A DNA stretch of 64,000 nucleotides, taken from positions 138 through 64,137 of the forward strand of contig JAHEFX010000002.1 of the NCBI GenBank assembly GCA_024639975.1, read 5' to 3'. A program made the position numbers and the translations under genes. Within the stretch, counting starts at the first letter, position 1, and every line of letters begins with the position of its first letter. The notes beneath the pieces were generated by a model, which did no database searches, was not told the DNA's origin, and saw nothing but the letters and a program-made list of their open reading frames with translations. Source of the DNA: a bacterium. GTDB lineage: Bacteria; Actinomycetota; Acidimicrobiia; Spongiisociales; JAENVV01. Of this stretch, positions 22,431 to 31,962 are shown piece after piece.

Positions 22431-23836
22431 GCATGCAAGCTCCGGAACGTCCCGAGGTCGACTGGTTCCCCGACGAGGACGAGTACCAGAAGCTGAAGAA
22501 CGCCCGTGCCACGCGGGGTCGCTGGTTCCAGGTGTTCGCCTTGGCGATGCTCTCACTCGCCGTCGTAGCGCTCCTCACGCTGCTGCTGACCATCATCAGC
22601 GACTCGTTCGGGCTGACGGCGGTCGTGAACGAGAACGACCCCGAGGACGTGGTCGCGTCGGTCGGCCGCGACCCGGCGACCACGACGATCGAGCAGCTGT
22701 CGTTCGACGAGAAGGTGGGGCTCCTCGAAGGCGCCGTCTCCAGTGGAGTCGGTCGCCGGCTCGAGCGCGAGCAGCGGTTCTACGCGGACCGTCTCGTGTT
22801 CGAGGACCCCGCGATCTACGAGGAGGCCTGCGCCTCCGACGAGCCGTTCCCCGGCTGCGCCCTGCCGCCCCGCAACGACGCCGACGTCACCCAGCTCGTC
22901 TACGAGCGCGTCGTCGTCCCCGACGTCATTGCCTCCTACGAGCTCTTCCCCTCGATCTTCGACCCCCAGGCGTTCACGGATGAGATCGAGCAGCTCTTCA
23001 TCGATGATCCGGGCCGCTTCGAGCCACATGTGTTCGACGATGTCGACTTCGAATGGCGGGCGTGGTTCAACTGGACCTTCATCACGAGCCCATCCAATTC
23101 CCGGCCGGAGATCGCAGGTATTCGGACGGCGATCCTCGGCTCGGCCTGGCTGATGCTCATCACGCTGCTCTTCTCCGTGCCCGTCGGGGTGGGAGCCGCC
23201 GTCTACCTGAACGAGTTCGCCAAGCCCAGCCGCTTCAACAACTTCATCCAGACGAACATCTACAACCTCGCCGGGGTGCCCTCGATCATCTACGGCATGC
23301 TCGGGCTGGCGATCTTCGTCCGGGTCATGGAGCCCGTGACGTCGGGGGCCATCTTCGCGGATGGGATCCCGCCAAGCGACAACGGCCGCACCATCCTCTC
23401 CGGAGGGCTCACCCTCGGGCTGCTGATCCTGCCCGTGGTGATCATCTCGGCCCAAGAGGCCCTGAAGGCGGTCCCGATGTACCTGCGAACCGGCGGTCTC
23501 GCACTCGGCGCCACCAGGTGGCAGACGGTGCGATCGCAAGTCCTGCCGGTCGCCTTCCCGGGAATCCTGACTGGCATGATCCTTGCGGTCTCCCGGGCGA
23601 TCGGTGAGACCGCACCGCTGATCCTCGTGGGCGCCGCCGGCTTCATCACGTCCGACCCGACCGGGCCCTTCTCGAAGTTCACGGCGCTCCCGATCCAGAT
23701 CTTCCAGTGGACGTCGTTCCCCCAACAGGAGTTCCGCAACATCGCAGCTGCGGCCAGCATCGCGCTGCTGATCCTCCTCCTGTTGCTCAACGTGAGCGCC
23801 GTGTTGCTGCGCAACCGATTCTCCAGGAAGGTTTGA
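22427..23836 (+). CDS. pstA: Phosphate ABC transporter permease PstA (long form with a ~200-aa loop after TM1)
   Basis: The ATG overlaps the pstC stop (ATGA). The C-terminal 280 aa form the PstA core ('[25 protein letters not shown]'). The N-terminal TM helix plus the acidic extracytoplasmic segment is additional. Confidence 0.88.
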   Translation: MSMQAPERPEVDWFPDEDEYQKLKNARATRGRWFQVFALAMLSLAVVALLTLLLTIISDSFGLTAVVNENDPEDVVASVGRDPATTTIEQLSFDEKVGLLEGAVSSGVGRRLEREQRFYADRLVFEDPAIYEEACASDEPFPGCALPPRNDADVTQLVYERVVVPDVIASYELFPSIFDPQAFTDEIEQLFIDDPGRFEPHVFDDVDFEWRAWFNWTFITSPSNSRPEIAGIRTAILGSAWLMLITLLFSVPVGVGAAVYLNEFAKPSRFNNFIQTNIYNLAGVPSIIYGMLGLAIFVRVMEPVTSGAIFADGIPPSDNGRTILSGGLTLGLLILPVVIISAQEALKAVPMYLRTGGLALGATRWQTVRSQVLPVAFPGILTGMILAVSRAIGETAPLILVGAAGFITSDPTGPFSKFTALPIQIFQWTSFPQQEFRNIAAAASIALLILLLLLNVSAVLLRNRFSRKV

Positions 23837-23838
23837 CC

Positions 23839-24735
23839 GTGACCGACCGCACCGACATCAGCGAAGAGAGCGACCAGATGGCCGACGAGCCCACTGCCGA
23901 GGTTTCCGAGGAGGTGCCCGCGGCCGCGACCACTGCCGACGGTGCCTCGCAGAATGCGGTGATGCAAACGGTCGGGATGGACGTCTTCTACGGTGAGTTC
24001 AAGGCAGTCGAGAACGTCTCACTGGGCTTCCCAGAGCACGAGATCACAGCCCTCATCGGTCCGTCCGGCTGTGGCAAGTCCACCGTGCTCAGGTGCTTGA
24101 ACCGCATGAACGACCTGATCCCGTCGGCCCGGGTCGACGGCAAGGTCCTCATGCACGACAAGGACATCTACGAGTCGGATGTCGACCCGGTCGAGATCAG
24201 GCGACGCATCGGCATGGTCTTCCAACAACCGAACCCGTTCTCGAAGTCGATCTACGACAACGTGGCCTGGGGGGCCAAGATCAACGGCTTCAAGGGAAAG
24301 AAGTCGGACATGGACGACCTCGTCGAGCGGGCCCTCACACAGGCGGCGCTCTGGGGCGAGGTCAAGGACAAGCTGGACGAGTCCGGCTATTCGCTGTCGG
24401 GGGGCCAGCAGCAGCGGCTCTGCATCGCCCGTGCGGTGGCTCCCGAGCCCGAGGTCCTGCTGATGGACGAGCCGTGCTCGGCGCTCGACCCGATCGCAAC
24501 GCTGCGCATCGAGGAGCTGATGCTCGACCTCAAGCAGGCGTACTCGATCATCATCGTGACCCACAACATGCAGCAGGCGGCCCGGGTATCAGATCGCACC
24601 GCGTTCTTCTCGGTCGACGTGAACGCCTCCGGGCAACGCACGGGCCGGCTCGTCGAGTACGACGAGACCGATCGCCTGTTCACCTCACCGGCCGAGCAGG
24701 AGACCGAGGACTACATCACAGGTAGGTTCGGCTGA
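23839..24735 (+). CDS. pstB: Phosphate ABC transporter ATP-binding protein
   Basis: Walker A 'GPSGCGKST', '[14 protein letters not shown]' and '[12 protein letters not shown]' are present. The start is GTG 23839 (3 nt after the pstA stop) or ATG 23878. The acidic N-terminal extension is unusual. Confidence 0.9.
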   Translation: MTDRTDISEESDQMADEPTAEVSEEVPAAATTADGASQNAVMQTVGMDVFYGEFKAVENVSLGFPEHEITALIGPSGCGKSTVLRCLNRMNDLIPSARVDGKVLMHDKDIYESDVDPVEIRRRIGMVFQQPNPFSKSIYDNVAWGAKINGFKGKKSDMDDLVERALTQAALWGEVKDKLDESGYSLSGGQQQRLCIARAVAPEPEVLLMDEPCSALDPIATLRIEELMLDLKQAYSIIIVTHNMQQAARVSDRTAFFSVDVNASGQRTGRLVEYDETDRLFTSPAEQETEDYITGRFG

Positions 24736-25403
24736 TGGAGATCCGACGCCATTTCCACGACGACCTGGCCGAGCTGGAGCGCCAGGTCCTCGAGATGGGA
24801 TCGAAGGCACGAGATGCCGTGACCCTGGCCACCCGCGCCATCGTCGACGGGGAAGAGGAGGCTGCCCGGGCTGCGTTGGCAGAGAAGGCCGAGGTCGATG
24901 ACCTCGCCCTCGAATTCGAACGCCTCTGGCTGCAGACGATGGCGCTGCAGACTCCGGTCGCCGTGGACCTGCGGACGATGTCCGTTCTGCAGTCGGTGTC
25001 GCACTCGGCGGTCCGGATCGCGGCCCAGGCGGGGAACATCTCGCGGATCGTCCTCGACACGATCGACATGCCACGGGACGATTCGATCGTGGCCCAACTC
25101 AAGGAGATGGGCGCGCTCACCGATCCGATGCTGCGGTTGGCCTTCGAGGCCATCGAGCGTCGGGACCCCGAGGTCCACGCCCAGCTCGACGAGATGGACG
25201 ACCCCGTCGATGCCATCTCGCGCAACATGTACCGAGCCGTCGTGCGGTCCGCCGAGGAACCCGACCAGCTCGACTGGGCCACCCGCGCCCTGATCGCCAG
25301 CCGGGCCTATGAGCGCATCGGCGACCGTTCCGTCTCGGTCGCCGAACAGGTGGTCTTCCTCGTCAGCGGGCAGATCGGGGGGATCGATGACGACGACGAG
25401 TAG
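24735..25403 (+). CDS. phoU: Phosphate signalling complex protein PhoU
   Basis: The 222-aa product has two PhoU repeats ('RAYERIGDRSVSVAE'). The ATG overlaps the pstB stop. Confidence 0.9.
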   Translation: MEIRRHFHDDLAELERQVLEMGSKARDAVTLATRAIVDGEEEAARAALAEKAEVDDLALEFERLWLQTMALQTPVAVDLRTMSVLQSVSHSAVRIAAQAGNISRIVLDTIDMPRDDSIVAQLKEMGALTDPMLRLAFEAIERRDPEVHAQLDEMDDPVDAISRNMYRAVVRSAEEPDQLDWATRALIASRAYERIGDRSVSVAEQVVFLVSGQIGGIDDDDE

Positions 25404-26091
25404 CGGCGGTTCGATACTCATCGTCGAGGACGAAGTCGCCCTGGCCGAGTCCGTCCACTTCGCCCTCGAGGTCGAGGGGTTCGACGTCGCGACGGTCGGC
25501 GACGGACGCGACGCTCTGACCGCGGTCCGGGCCACCCCACCAGACCTGGTGCTCCTCGACCTGATGCTTCCCGGCCTCTCGGGCCTCGATGTGCTCCGTA
25601 CCGTTCGCAAGGACCACCGGATGCCGGTCATCATCCTCACCGCCAAGGACGCCGAGGCGGACAAGGTCCTGGGACTCGAACTGGGGGCGGACGACTACGT
25701 CACCAAGCCTTTCTCGATGCGGGAGCTCGTCGCCCGGGTCCGGAGCCACCTCAGGCGTTCGCGCTTGGGAGGCACGCCCGACGACTCCCTGGTCATCGCC
25801 GGGGGAGGCGTGGAGATGGACATCGATCGACATGAGGTCCGGGTCCGGGGAACCGAGGTGGCCCTGCGCCCGAAGGAGTTCGACCTCCTGTTCGCCCTGC
25901 TGGCCCGGAAGGGCAAGCTCGTGACCCGCGACACGCTGATCAGCGAAGTGTGGGGATACGACTACATGGGCGACACCAAGACCCTCGACGTCCACATCAA
26001 GCGGCTCCGCCAGAAGGTCGAATCCGAACCCGCCAGTCCGGAACTGATCGTCACCGTGCGCGGACTCGGCTACAGATTCCTGGGTGAGTAG
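25387..26091 (+). CDS. OmpR/PhoB-family response regulator (PhoP/RegX3-like)
   Basis: The receiver domain reads 'ILIVEDE...DLVLLDLMLPG.SG', and the winged-helix output reads 'LEFDLL..LA...G.V.TR..L...VWG'. The start is the internal ATG 25387, overlapping the phoU end. Confidence 0.9.
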   Translation: MTTTSSGGSILIVEDEVALAESVHFALEVEGFDVATVGDGRDALTAVRATPPDLVLLDLMLPGLSGLDVLRTVRKDHRMPVIILTAKDAEADKVLGLELGADDYVTKPFSMRELVARVRSHLRRSRLGGTPDDSLVIAGGGVEMDIDRHEVRVRGTEVALRPKEFDLLFALLARKGKLVTRDTLISEVWGYDYMGDTKTLDVHIKRLRQKVESEPASPELIVTVRGLGYRFLGE

Positions 26092-27346
26092 GACTCCCGC
26101 CCGATTCGTCCGGCTGCTTCTTGCGGTCGGCATCGTCGGTTGCATCTATCTGGTCGCCGTCGATGCACCCCCTGTGGCCATCGTCACGGTGGTGCTCGTG
26201 GTGGCGGTTGCCGTGGTCCAGCAGCTCAGGTTGGTGGCCGCCGTCCGCAACGAGACCGTGCGGGCCATCGAGATGGAGGACCCGGCCGGCCCCGATGGGA
26301 TGGGCGACATCACCGAGGCGCTCCGAAAGCGAATCGAGCTCGAGCGACTCGGCGCCGAGCGCCTCGCTGCTGACCTCCGCCTCAGCATCGAGGCCGCGGC
26401 GATGGCCGTCCTCATCATCGAGACCGACGGACGCATCGTGGCCTCCGCCGGCGCCACTGCCGACCTGGTCGCCCCCGGACCGGTCCAGCGGGTGAAGAAC
26501 CCCCAGGCCCTGGAACTGGTCGATGAGGTCGAATCGACCCGGCGGGTGGTTTCTGACACGATCGTCATGGGCCTGAGCGGCCGTTCCTACCAGTGGGTGG
26601 TCTCCCCGCTCGACTCGGGTGACGTCGGCGCCGTGGTGACCGACGTCACGGAGCTCGACCGGGTCCAGGCCATGCGCCGCTCATTCGTGACGGATGCATC
26701 ACACGAGTTGAAGACACCGATCGCCTCCATCCGGGCCGGTGCCGGGGCCCTGGAGATGGCGATCGGCAAGGACGACGAGAAGGCCCGCCACTTCGCCCGA
26801 CGGATGGAGGAGCAGGCCGAGCGGCTAGGCCGAATCGTCACCGACCTGCTCGACCTGTCCCGGCTGGAGTCGATCCCGCCCGAGCTCGAACCGCTGGCGC
26901 TCGGCGTCGTGGTGGGTTCCGAACTGGATGCAGTCCGCATGGAGGCTGCGGAGGCCGGGGTGGGCCTGTCCGGTGACGTCGACGAGGTGTCGATCCTGGG
27001 GGTCGAGGCCGACGTCGGCCTCGCCGTCGGCAATCTGCTTCGCAACGCCATCCGCTACACGCCGAGTGGCGGGCGGGTCCGGCTGCGGTGCTTCGATCGC
27101 GATGGCCGAGCGGTCGTCGAGGTGGAGGACACGGGGGTCGGTATCCCCACGTCCGACCAGGAGTTGGTCTTCCATCGGTTCCACCGCGTCGATGCCGCTC
27201 GGTCCCGTGACACGGGGGGGACCGGACTCGGTTTGGCCATCGTCCGCCACATCGCCGGAGCGCACGGTGGATCGGTTTCTGTTCGCTCCGTCGTCGGGCA
27301 GGGGTCCACGTTCATACTCGATCTCGGGCCGGTGTCGACGGCCTGA
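26084..27346 (+). CDS. Sensor histidine kinase (PhoR/SenX3-like)
   Basis: TM helices, the H-box 'FVTDASHELKTPI', the N-box 'LLRNAIRYTP', and the G-boxes 'DTGVGIP' and 'GGTGLGLAIV' are present. The GTG start overlaps the regulator's stop. Confidence 0.9.
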   Translation: MSRTPARFVRLLLAVGIVGCIYLVAVDAPPVAIVTVVLVVAVAVVQQLRLVAAVRNETVRAIEMEDPAGPDGMGDITEALRKRIELERLGAERLAADLRLSIEAAAMAVLIIETDGRIVASAGATADLVAPGPVQRVKNPQALELVDEVESTRRVVSDTIVMGLSGRSYQWVVSPLDSGDVGAVVTDVTELDRVQAMRRSFVTDASHELKTPIASIRAGAGALEMAIGKDDEKARHFARRMEEQAERLGRIVTDLLDLSRLESIPPELEPLALGVVVGSELDAVRMEAAEAGVGLSGDVDEVSILGVEADVGLAVGNLLRNAIRYTPSGGRVRLRCFDRDGRAVVEVEDTGVGIPTSDQELVFHRFHRVDAARSRDTGGTGLGLAIVRHIAGAHGGSVSVRSVVGQGSTFILDLGPVSTA

Positions 27347-27444
27347 AATATCGACGATTCGTTGCGCGGGGCGCCCTCCTTCCCCTAGGTTGCAGCGAGT
27401 CATCCGCACTGCGGACGACGTTTATCTTGGAGGAAAGGGAATAG

Positions 27445-28590
27445 ATGCGAGAGTTCAAACGACTCGTCGTGCTCCTATTGGCACTCGCCATGATCGTTGC
27501 TGCCTGTGGTGGCGACGACGGAGACACCGATGACACCGAAGACGGCGGAGCGACCGAGACCACGGAGGCCACCGACGGTGGCGACGACGGCGACGGCGGC
27601 GGCGACGACATGGGTTCGCTGCTCGACACGGTCAAGGATCGTGGGACGCTGTCCTGCGGTACCAACGAGACCCTCGTCGGCTTCGGGTTCAAGGATTCGG
27701 CCGGCGAGTTCGTCGGTATGGACGTGGACCTCTGCAAGGCCGTCGCAGCAGCCGTGCTCGGCGATGCCAGCGCAGTTTCGTTCAGCGCCCTGACCGCTGC
27801 GGCCCGATTCGAGGCCGTCAGCTCTGGTCAGGTCGACATCCTGAGCCGGAACACGACGTTCACCCAGCAGCGTGACAGCGAGCTGGGACTCGACTTCGGT
27901 CCGACCACGTACTACGACGGTCAGCAGGTTCTGGGAACCGGGGACTTGTTCTCCAGTGACTCCCAGGTCGAAGACCTCGACGGCGCCACGGTCTGCACCA
28001 ACGCCGGTACCACCACGGAGCTCAACATCACGGAGGCTGCCAACGCCGCCGGGATCGAGATCAACCTCGTCACGTACGAGGACTTCAACATTGTGATGGA
28101 CAACTTCGAGTCGGGTAACTGCAACGCCGTCACCACCGACGGTTCGGGCCTCGTGGCCCGGAAGTTCCAGGCGACGGAAGCCGGCACCGAGGGTGCCGAG
28201 GACTGGGCGATCTTCCCGTCCGTTCCGATCTCCAAGGAGCCGCTCGGTCCGGCGTGGGCCCAGGGCGACGCCCTCTGGGGCGACGTCATCAGGTGGACGG
28301 TCTACGCCATGATCATCGCCGAGGAGCAGGGCATCACCTCTGCCAACGTCGATGAGATGCAGGCCAACCCGCCGAACGGCGAGGTCGGTCGTCTCCTCGG
28401 ATCCGAAGGTGACTTCGCCGAGAAGCAGACCGCCATGGGTCTTCCTGCCGATGCCTTCTACCAAGTCATCAAGCAGGTCGGCAACTACGGCGAGGTCTAC
28501 GAGCGGAACCTGACCCCGCTCGGTCTCGAACGAGGACTCAACGCCCTCTTCCAGGACGGCGGCATCCTCTACGCCCCGCCAGCCCGCTAG
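27445..28590 (+). CDS. Amino-acid ABC transporter substrate-binding lipoprotein (AapJ-like)
   Basis: It has a lipobox (IVAAC GG), an Asp/Gly/Thr-rich linker and a family-3 SBP core ('LSCGTNE.L.GF', 'FS.LT...RF.A..SG.VD.L.RN.T'). A strong SD (GGAGGAAAGGGA) precedes the start. Confidence 0.88.
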   Translation: MREFKRLVVLLLALAMIVAACGGDDGDTDDTEDGGATETTEATDGGDDGDGGGDDMGSLLDTVKDRGTLSCGTNETLVGFGFKDSAGEFVGMDVDLCKAVAAAVLGDASAVSFSALTAAARFEAVSSGQVDILSRNTTFTQQRDSELGLDFGPTTYYDGQQVLGTGDLFSSDSQVEDLDGATVCTNAGTTTELNITEAANAAGIEINLVTYEDFNIVMDNFESGNCNAVTTDGSGLVARKFQATEAGTEGAEDWAIFPSVPISKEPLGPAWAQGDALWGDVIRWTVYAMIIAEEQGITSANVDEMQANPPNGEVGRLLGSEGDFAEKQTAMGLPADAFYQVIKQVGNYGEVYERNLTPLGLERGLNALFQDGGILYAPPAR

Positions 28591-28657
28591 CCACACCTAG
28601 ACAAGTGACGGTGGTGGGGGTGCTCCGGCACCCCCACCCCGACACCGCTCGGAGCTC

Positions 28658-29755
28658 ATGACCTCGGACACCGACGACCGAATCACGGCAGACCAAGGCC
28701 GACCGCCCATCTGGCGCAACGGCACGTTCCTGAAGTGGGCTGCCCAGATCGTCGTACTGGCGACCCTCTTGGTCGCTGCGTGGATCGTCATCTCGACGGC
28801 GCTCCGCAATCTCGAGGCCCAGGGCCTCAGCTTCGACTGGGACTTCCTCGGGGACCCGGTCGGCTTCTCCATCGGAGAAGGGTTCACCCAACAGCCCGAA
28901 ACGGGCCTCGAGGCCCTGCTCGTGGGCGCCGTCAACTCTTTGCGGGTGATCGGCGTCGGCCTGTTGCTCGCCCTCGTGCTCGGTGTGGTGATGGGGATCG
29001 CCCGCCTCTCCAGCAACTGGCTGGTCAACCGGACGGCCCAGATCTACGTCGAGTCGATCCGAAACGTCCCACTCCTGCTCCAGATGATCTTCTGGAACGT
29101 CATTTTCATCAGCTTTGCCCCCCTCGATCCCGCCAACCTCGGTCCGATCGAGGATTGGTTCCTCGTCTCGGCCAAGGGAGTCTCGTTCGCCTTCATCTTT
29201 GGTACCGAGACCGTGTGGCAATGGCTCGTCTTCTTCGTTCTCGCCCTCTGGGTGGGACGCATCGTCTACAAGCGCCGTTTCGACCGCTTCGAGGAAACGG
29301 GCCACGAGACCCGTCCCATCCTCTTCGGCCTCCTGGCCGTGGTGGCCGTTGCGATCATCGGCTGGTTCGCCCATCCCGTCGCCGGGGCGTTCGAGTGGGT
29401 CTTCCACGGCATCGCGACGGCGCTCGACGCCGTACCTCCCATCGGCTGGAGCATCGTCATCGCCGTCGCCGCCGTTCTGCTCGGTGCCTGGTGGATCCGC
29501 CGGTTCCTGAACTCCTTCCGCACCCCCGCCGGCATGGCCAAGCTCACCGACGACGACTGGTTCCGAGTTGCCTTCGCCGGCGTCGTGGCCGTGGGCGTTG
29601 CCGCCTTCGTCCTGTTCTTCCCGGGTGTCATCGAAGCCGGCCAGAACGTCATCGTCGGGCTCTTCGACTGGATCGGGGACCGCTACGAGTGGCTGCGGAC
29701 CGGCGCCCCGCTCGACTTCCGCCAGCCAGGCGTGACCGGCGACCGGTTCCCGTAG
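28658..29755 (+). CDS. Amino-acid ABC permease (AapQ-like), N-terminal part, ending at an in-frame TAG
   Basis: It contains the conserved first permease segment ('GIARLSSNWLVNRTAQIYVESIRNVPLLLQMIFW') plus extra TM helices. The reading frame is the same as the next fragment (see findings). Confidence 0.75.
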   Translation: MTSDTDDRITADQGRPPIWRNGTFLKWAAQIVVLATLLVAAWIVISTALRNLEAQGLSFDWDFLGDPVGFSIGEGFTQQPETGLEALLVGAVNSLRVIGVGLLLALVLGVVMGIARLSSNWLVNRTAQIYVESIRNVPLLLQMIFWNVIFISFAPLDPANLGPIEDWFLVSAKGVSFAFIFGTETVWQWLVFFVLALWVGRIVYKRRFDRFEETGHETRPILFGLLAVVAVAIIGWFAHPVAGAFEWVFHGIATALDAVPPIGWSIVIAVAAVLLGAWWIRRFLNSFRTPAGMAKLTDDDWFRVAFAGVVAVGVAAFVLFFPGVIEAGQNVIVGLFDWIGDRYEWLRTGAPLDFRQPGVTGDRFP

Positions 29756-29797
29756 TACTCCCCGGATGGGCTCAACTTCACCGTCCCGTTCCTGGCG

Positions 29798-30187
29798 GTG
29801 CTCGTCGGTCTCGTCGTCTACACGGGGTCCTTCATCGCCGAGATCGTCCGGGCCGGGATCATGGCCGTGCCCCGAGGCCAGAACGAGGCAGCCCAGGCGG
29901 TGGGCCTCAAGCGCTCGCAGGTGCTGCGCCTCGTAGTCATGCCCCAGGCGTTCCGGGTCATCCTCCCGCCGCTCGGCAACCAGTTCCTGAATCTCTCGAA
30001 GAACTCTTCACTGGCGATCGCCGTCGGCTACGCCGACATCGTGCAGGTTGGCCAGACGTTGTTCAACCAGACCGGTAGGACGATCCAGGTCATCCTCATC
30101 TGGATGGCGTTCTACCTCACGCTGTCGCTCTCGATCTCGGCGGTGGTCAACAACATCAACAACCGCCTGAAGCTGGTGGAACGATGA
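29798..30187 (+). CDS. Amino-acid ABC permease (AapQ-like), C-terminal part carrying the EAA loop
   Basis: 'YTGSFIAEIVRAGIMAVPRGQNEAAQAVGLKRSQV.RLVVMPQAFRVILPPLGNQ' is present. Permease-like sequence already runs from 29756, directly after the TAG, in the same frame. The first usable start (GTG 29798) falls inside a TM helix. Confidence 0.7.
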   Translation: MLVGLVVYTGSFIAEIVRAGIMAVPRGQNEAAQAVGLKRSQVLRLVVMPQAFRVILPPLGNQFLNLSKNSSLAIAVGYADIVQVGQTLFNQTGRTIQVILIWMAFYLTLSLSISAVVNNINNRLKLVER

Positions 30188-31953
30188 GCACGAACGCCGA
30201 GTTCGGGTTGATCGAGGCGTCGCCGCCACCGGAGGCGAGCCAGTTGGGCATCGTGGTCTGGGCGCGCAAGAACCTCTTCAATTCGGTTCTCAACGCCGTC
30301 ATCACCGTGGTGATGCTTGCCGTTCTCGCCGCTGTCGCGGTCGGATTCTCGAGCTTCTTGTTCGCCGACGAGCGCCGGTGGGACGCTGTCACCGTCAACA
30401 TGCGCTTGCTCATGGTCGAGGGCTACCCCCAGGACCACATGCTGCGGATCTGGCTCTCCGTCGGCATCATCTTCGCCCTCATCGGCCTCACGACGGCCGC
30501 CTGGAATGCCGGGGGGAAGCTCGCCCCCGACTCGATCCAACGGATGCTGATCGGTGCAGGCAGCCTGGTGGCGGCCCTGGCCGTGTTCGGGCGTCCCGAT
30601 GCCTGGGTCTGGATGACGGTCGCCGGGGCCGTGCTGATCGGGATCGCCTTGGTCTGGCGTTCGAGCCTCGGCAAGAAGAACATCGACAAGACGATTCCCA
30701 CCTTGGGGTTCCTCGGCGGCGTGATCGCCCTCATCCTCCTGGTGACGTGGTTGCTGCCGGTGGCCATGACCACGAAGGTCCCCTGGACGGTTGTGTTCGC
30801 GGCCCTCGTGGGCTTCTACCTCGTGGGCAGGGTCCTCGCCGGCGCCGTGAACAACCGCACGTTCCGTGTCGTCGTCCTTGGCCTGTGGGTGGCCTCGTTC
30901 CCCTACATCTACCTCGTCCTGCAGAGGCGGGTGGACCTCGATACCGACGTGATGCTGACCTTCGTCATGCCGGCCGCCTTCCTGGTCCTCGGCGGGGCCC
31001 TGATCTGGGCCCAGCTCACCAAGTTCTCCCGGGATACCGCCGGCGTCGTCACGTCGGTGCTCGTGGCACTGTCCGTGGCATCCTTGATCATCCCCGTGGC
31101 GTGGGACGGCTGGCTCGAGCTGCCCGTGCTCGGTCCCCTGATCGGTCGGGTGCTGCTCTTCGCGCTCACGGCCTTCGCCGCCGGCGGCCGCACGTTCGCG
31201 TCCGGAGAGGGCGGCGCCCGCAATGTGTTGGTCGGCTGGGCCGGCTCGGTCATCGCCATTGCCTACCTCGGCACGGTTGTCCGAGGCGCAACCGACCTAG
31301 GGACCTTCAATGCCGTCTACGGCGGCCTCAACCTCACGATGTTGCTCTCGGTCACCGCGATCGCTGCTTCGTTCCCGATCGGCGTGATGATGGCTCTTGC
31401 ACGAACGTCGAAGATGCCCATCTTCCGCCTCCTGTCGACCGGCTACATCGAGACGATCCGCGGCGTCCCGCTCATCACCGTGCTCTTCTTCGCCACCCGC
31501 GTGCTGCCCCGCTTCATGCCTCCCGAACTGGCGATCGACCCGGTCGTTGCCGTGGCGGCCGGCATGATGTTCTTCTCGGCTGCCTACCTCGCGGAGAACG
31601 TGCGTGGTGGCCTGCAGTCGATCCCGAAGGGCCAGACCGAGGCAGCCCAGGCGGTCGGTATGAGCACGTTCCTGACGACCGCCCTCATCACGCTGCCCCA
31701 GGCGCTCCGCACCGTGATCCCGGCGCTCGTCGGCCAGGTGATCGCCCTGTTCAAGGACACGTCGCTGGTCACGATCATCGGGCTGGCCGATTTCCTCCAC
31801 GTGGCCCGCTCGATCATCCCCTCCCAGCCGGACTTCCTCGGCGTCCTCATGGAACCGATCCTGTTCGCCGCCCTCGTCTACTGGCTCTTCACCTTCACCT
31901 TCAGCCGTGCCTCCCAGCGCCTCGAGCAGAAGCTCGGGGTCGGGGACCGATAG
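30184..31953 (+). CDS. Amino-acid ABC permease (AapM-like) with an expanded N-terminal multi-TM region
   Basis: The C-terminal core reads 'YIETIRGVPLITVLFF', 'YLAENVRGGLQSIPKGQTEAAQAVGMS' and 'PALVGQVIALFKDTSLV'. The ATG overlaps the upstream stop. Confidence 0.88.
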   Translation: MSTNAEFGLIEASPPPEASQLGIVVWARKNLFNSVLNAVITVVMLAVLAAVAVGFSSFLFADERRWDAVTVNMRLLMVEGYPQDHMLRIWLSVGIIFALIGLTTAAWNAGGKLAPDSIQRMLIGAGSLVAALAVFGRPDAWVWMTVAGAVLIGIALVWRSSLGKKNIDKTIPTLGFLGGVIALILLVTWLLPVAMTTKVPWTVVFAALVGFYLVGRVLAGAVNNRTFRVVVLGLWVASFPYIYLVLQRRVDLDTDVMLTFVMPAAFLVLGGALIWAQLTKFSRDTAGVVTSVLVALSVASLIIPVAWDGWLELPVLGPLIGRVLLFALTAFAAGGRTFASGEGGARNVLVGWAGSVIAIAYLGTVVRGATDLGTFNAVYGGLNLTMLLSVTAIAASFPIGVMMALARTSKMPIFRLLSTGYIETIRGVPLITVLFFATRVLPRFMPPELAIDPVVAVAAGMMFFSAAYLAENVRGGLQSIPKGQTEAAQAVGMSTFLTTALITLPQALRTVIPALVGQVIALFKDTSLVTIIGLADFLHVARSIIPSQPDFLGVLMEPILFAALVYWLFTFTFSRASQRLEQKLGVGDR

Positions 31954-31962
31954 GAGACACCC

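Noticed and set aside
29753-29755. I considered whether the in-frame TAG in the AapQ-like permease could be a pyrrolysine codon.
   Set aside because: There are no pylBCD, pylS or pylT genes, or any other hint of that system, in the window. The gene family is not a known Pyl user, and the lineage makes it improbable. A nonsense mutation, an assembly error or read-through is more parsimonious.
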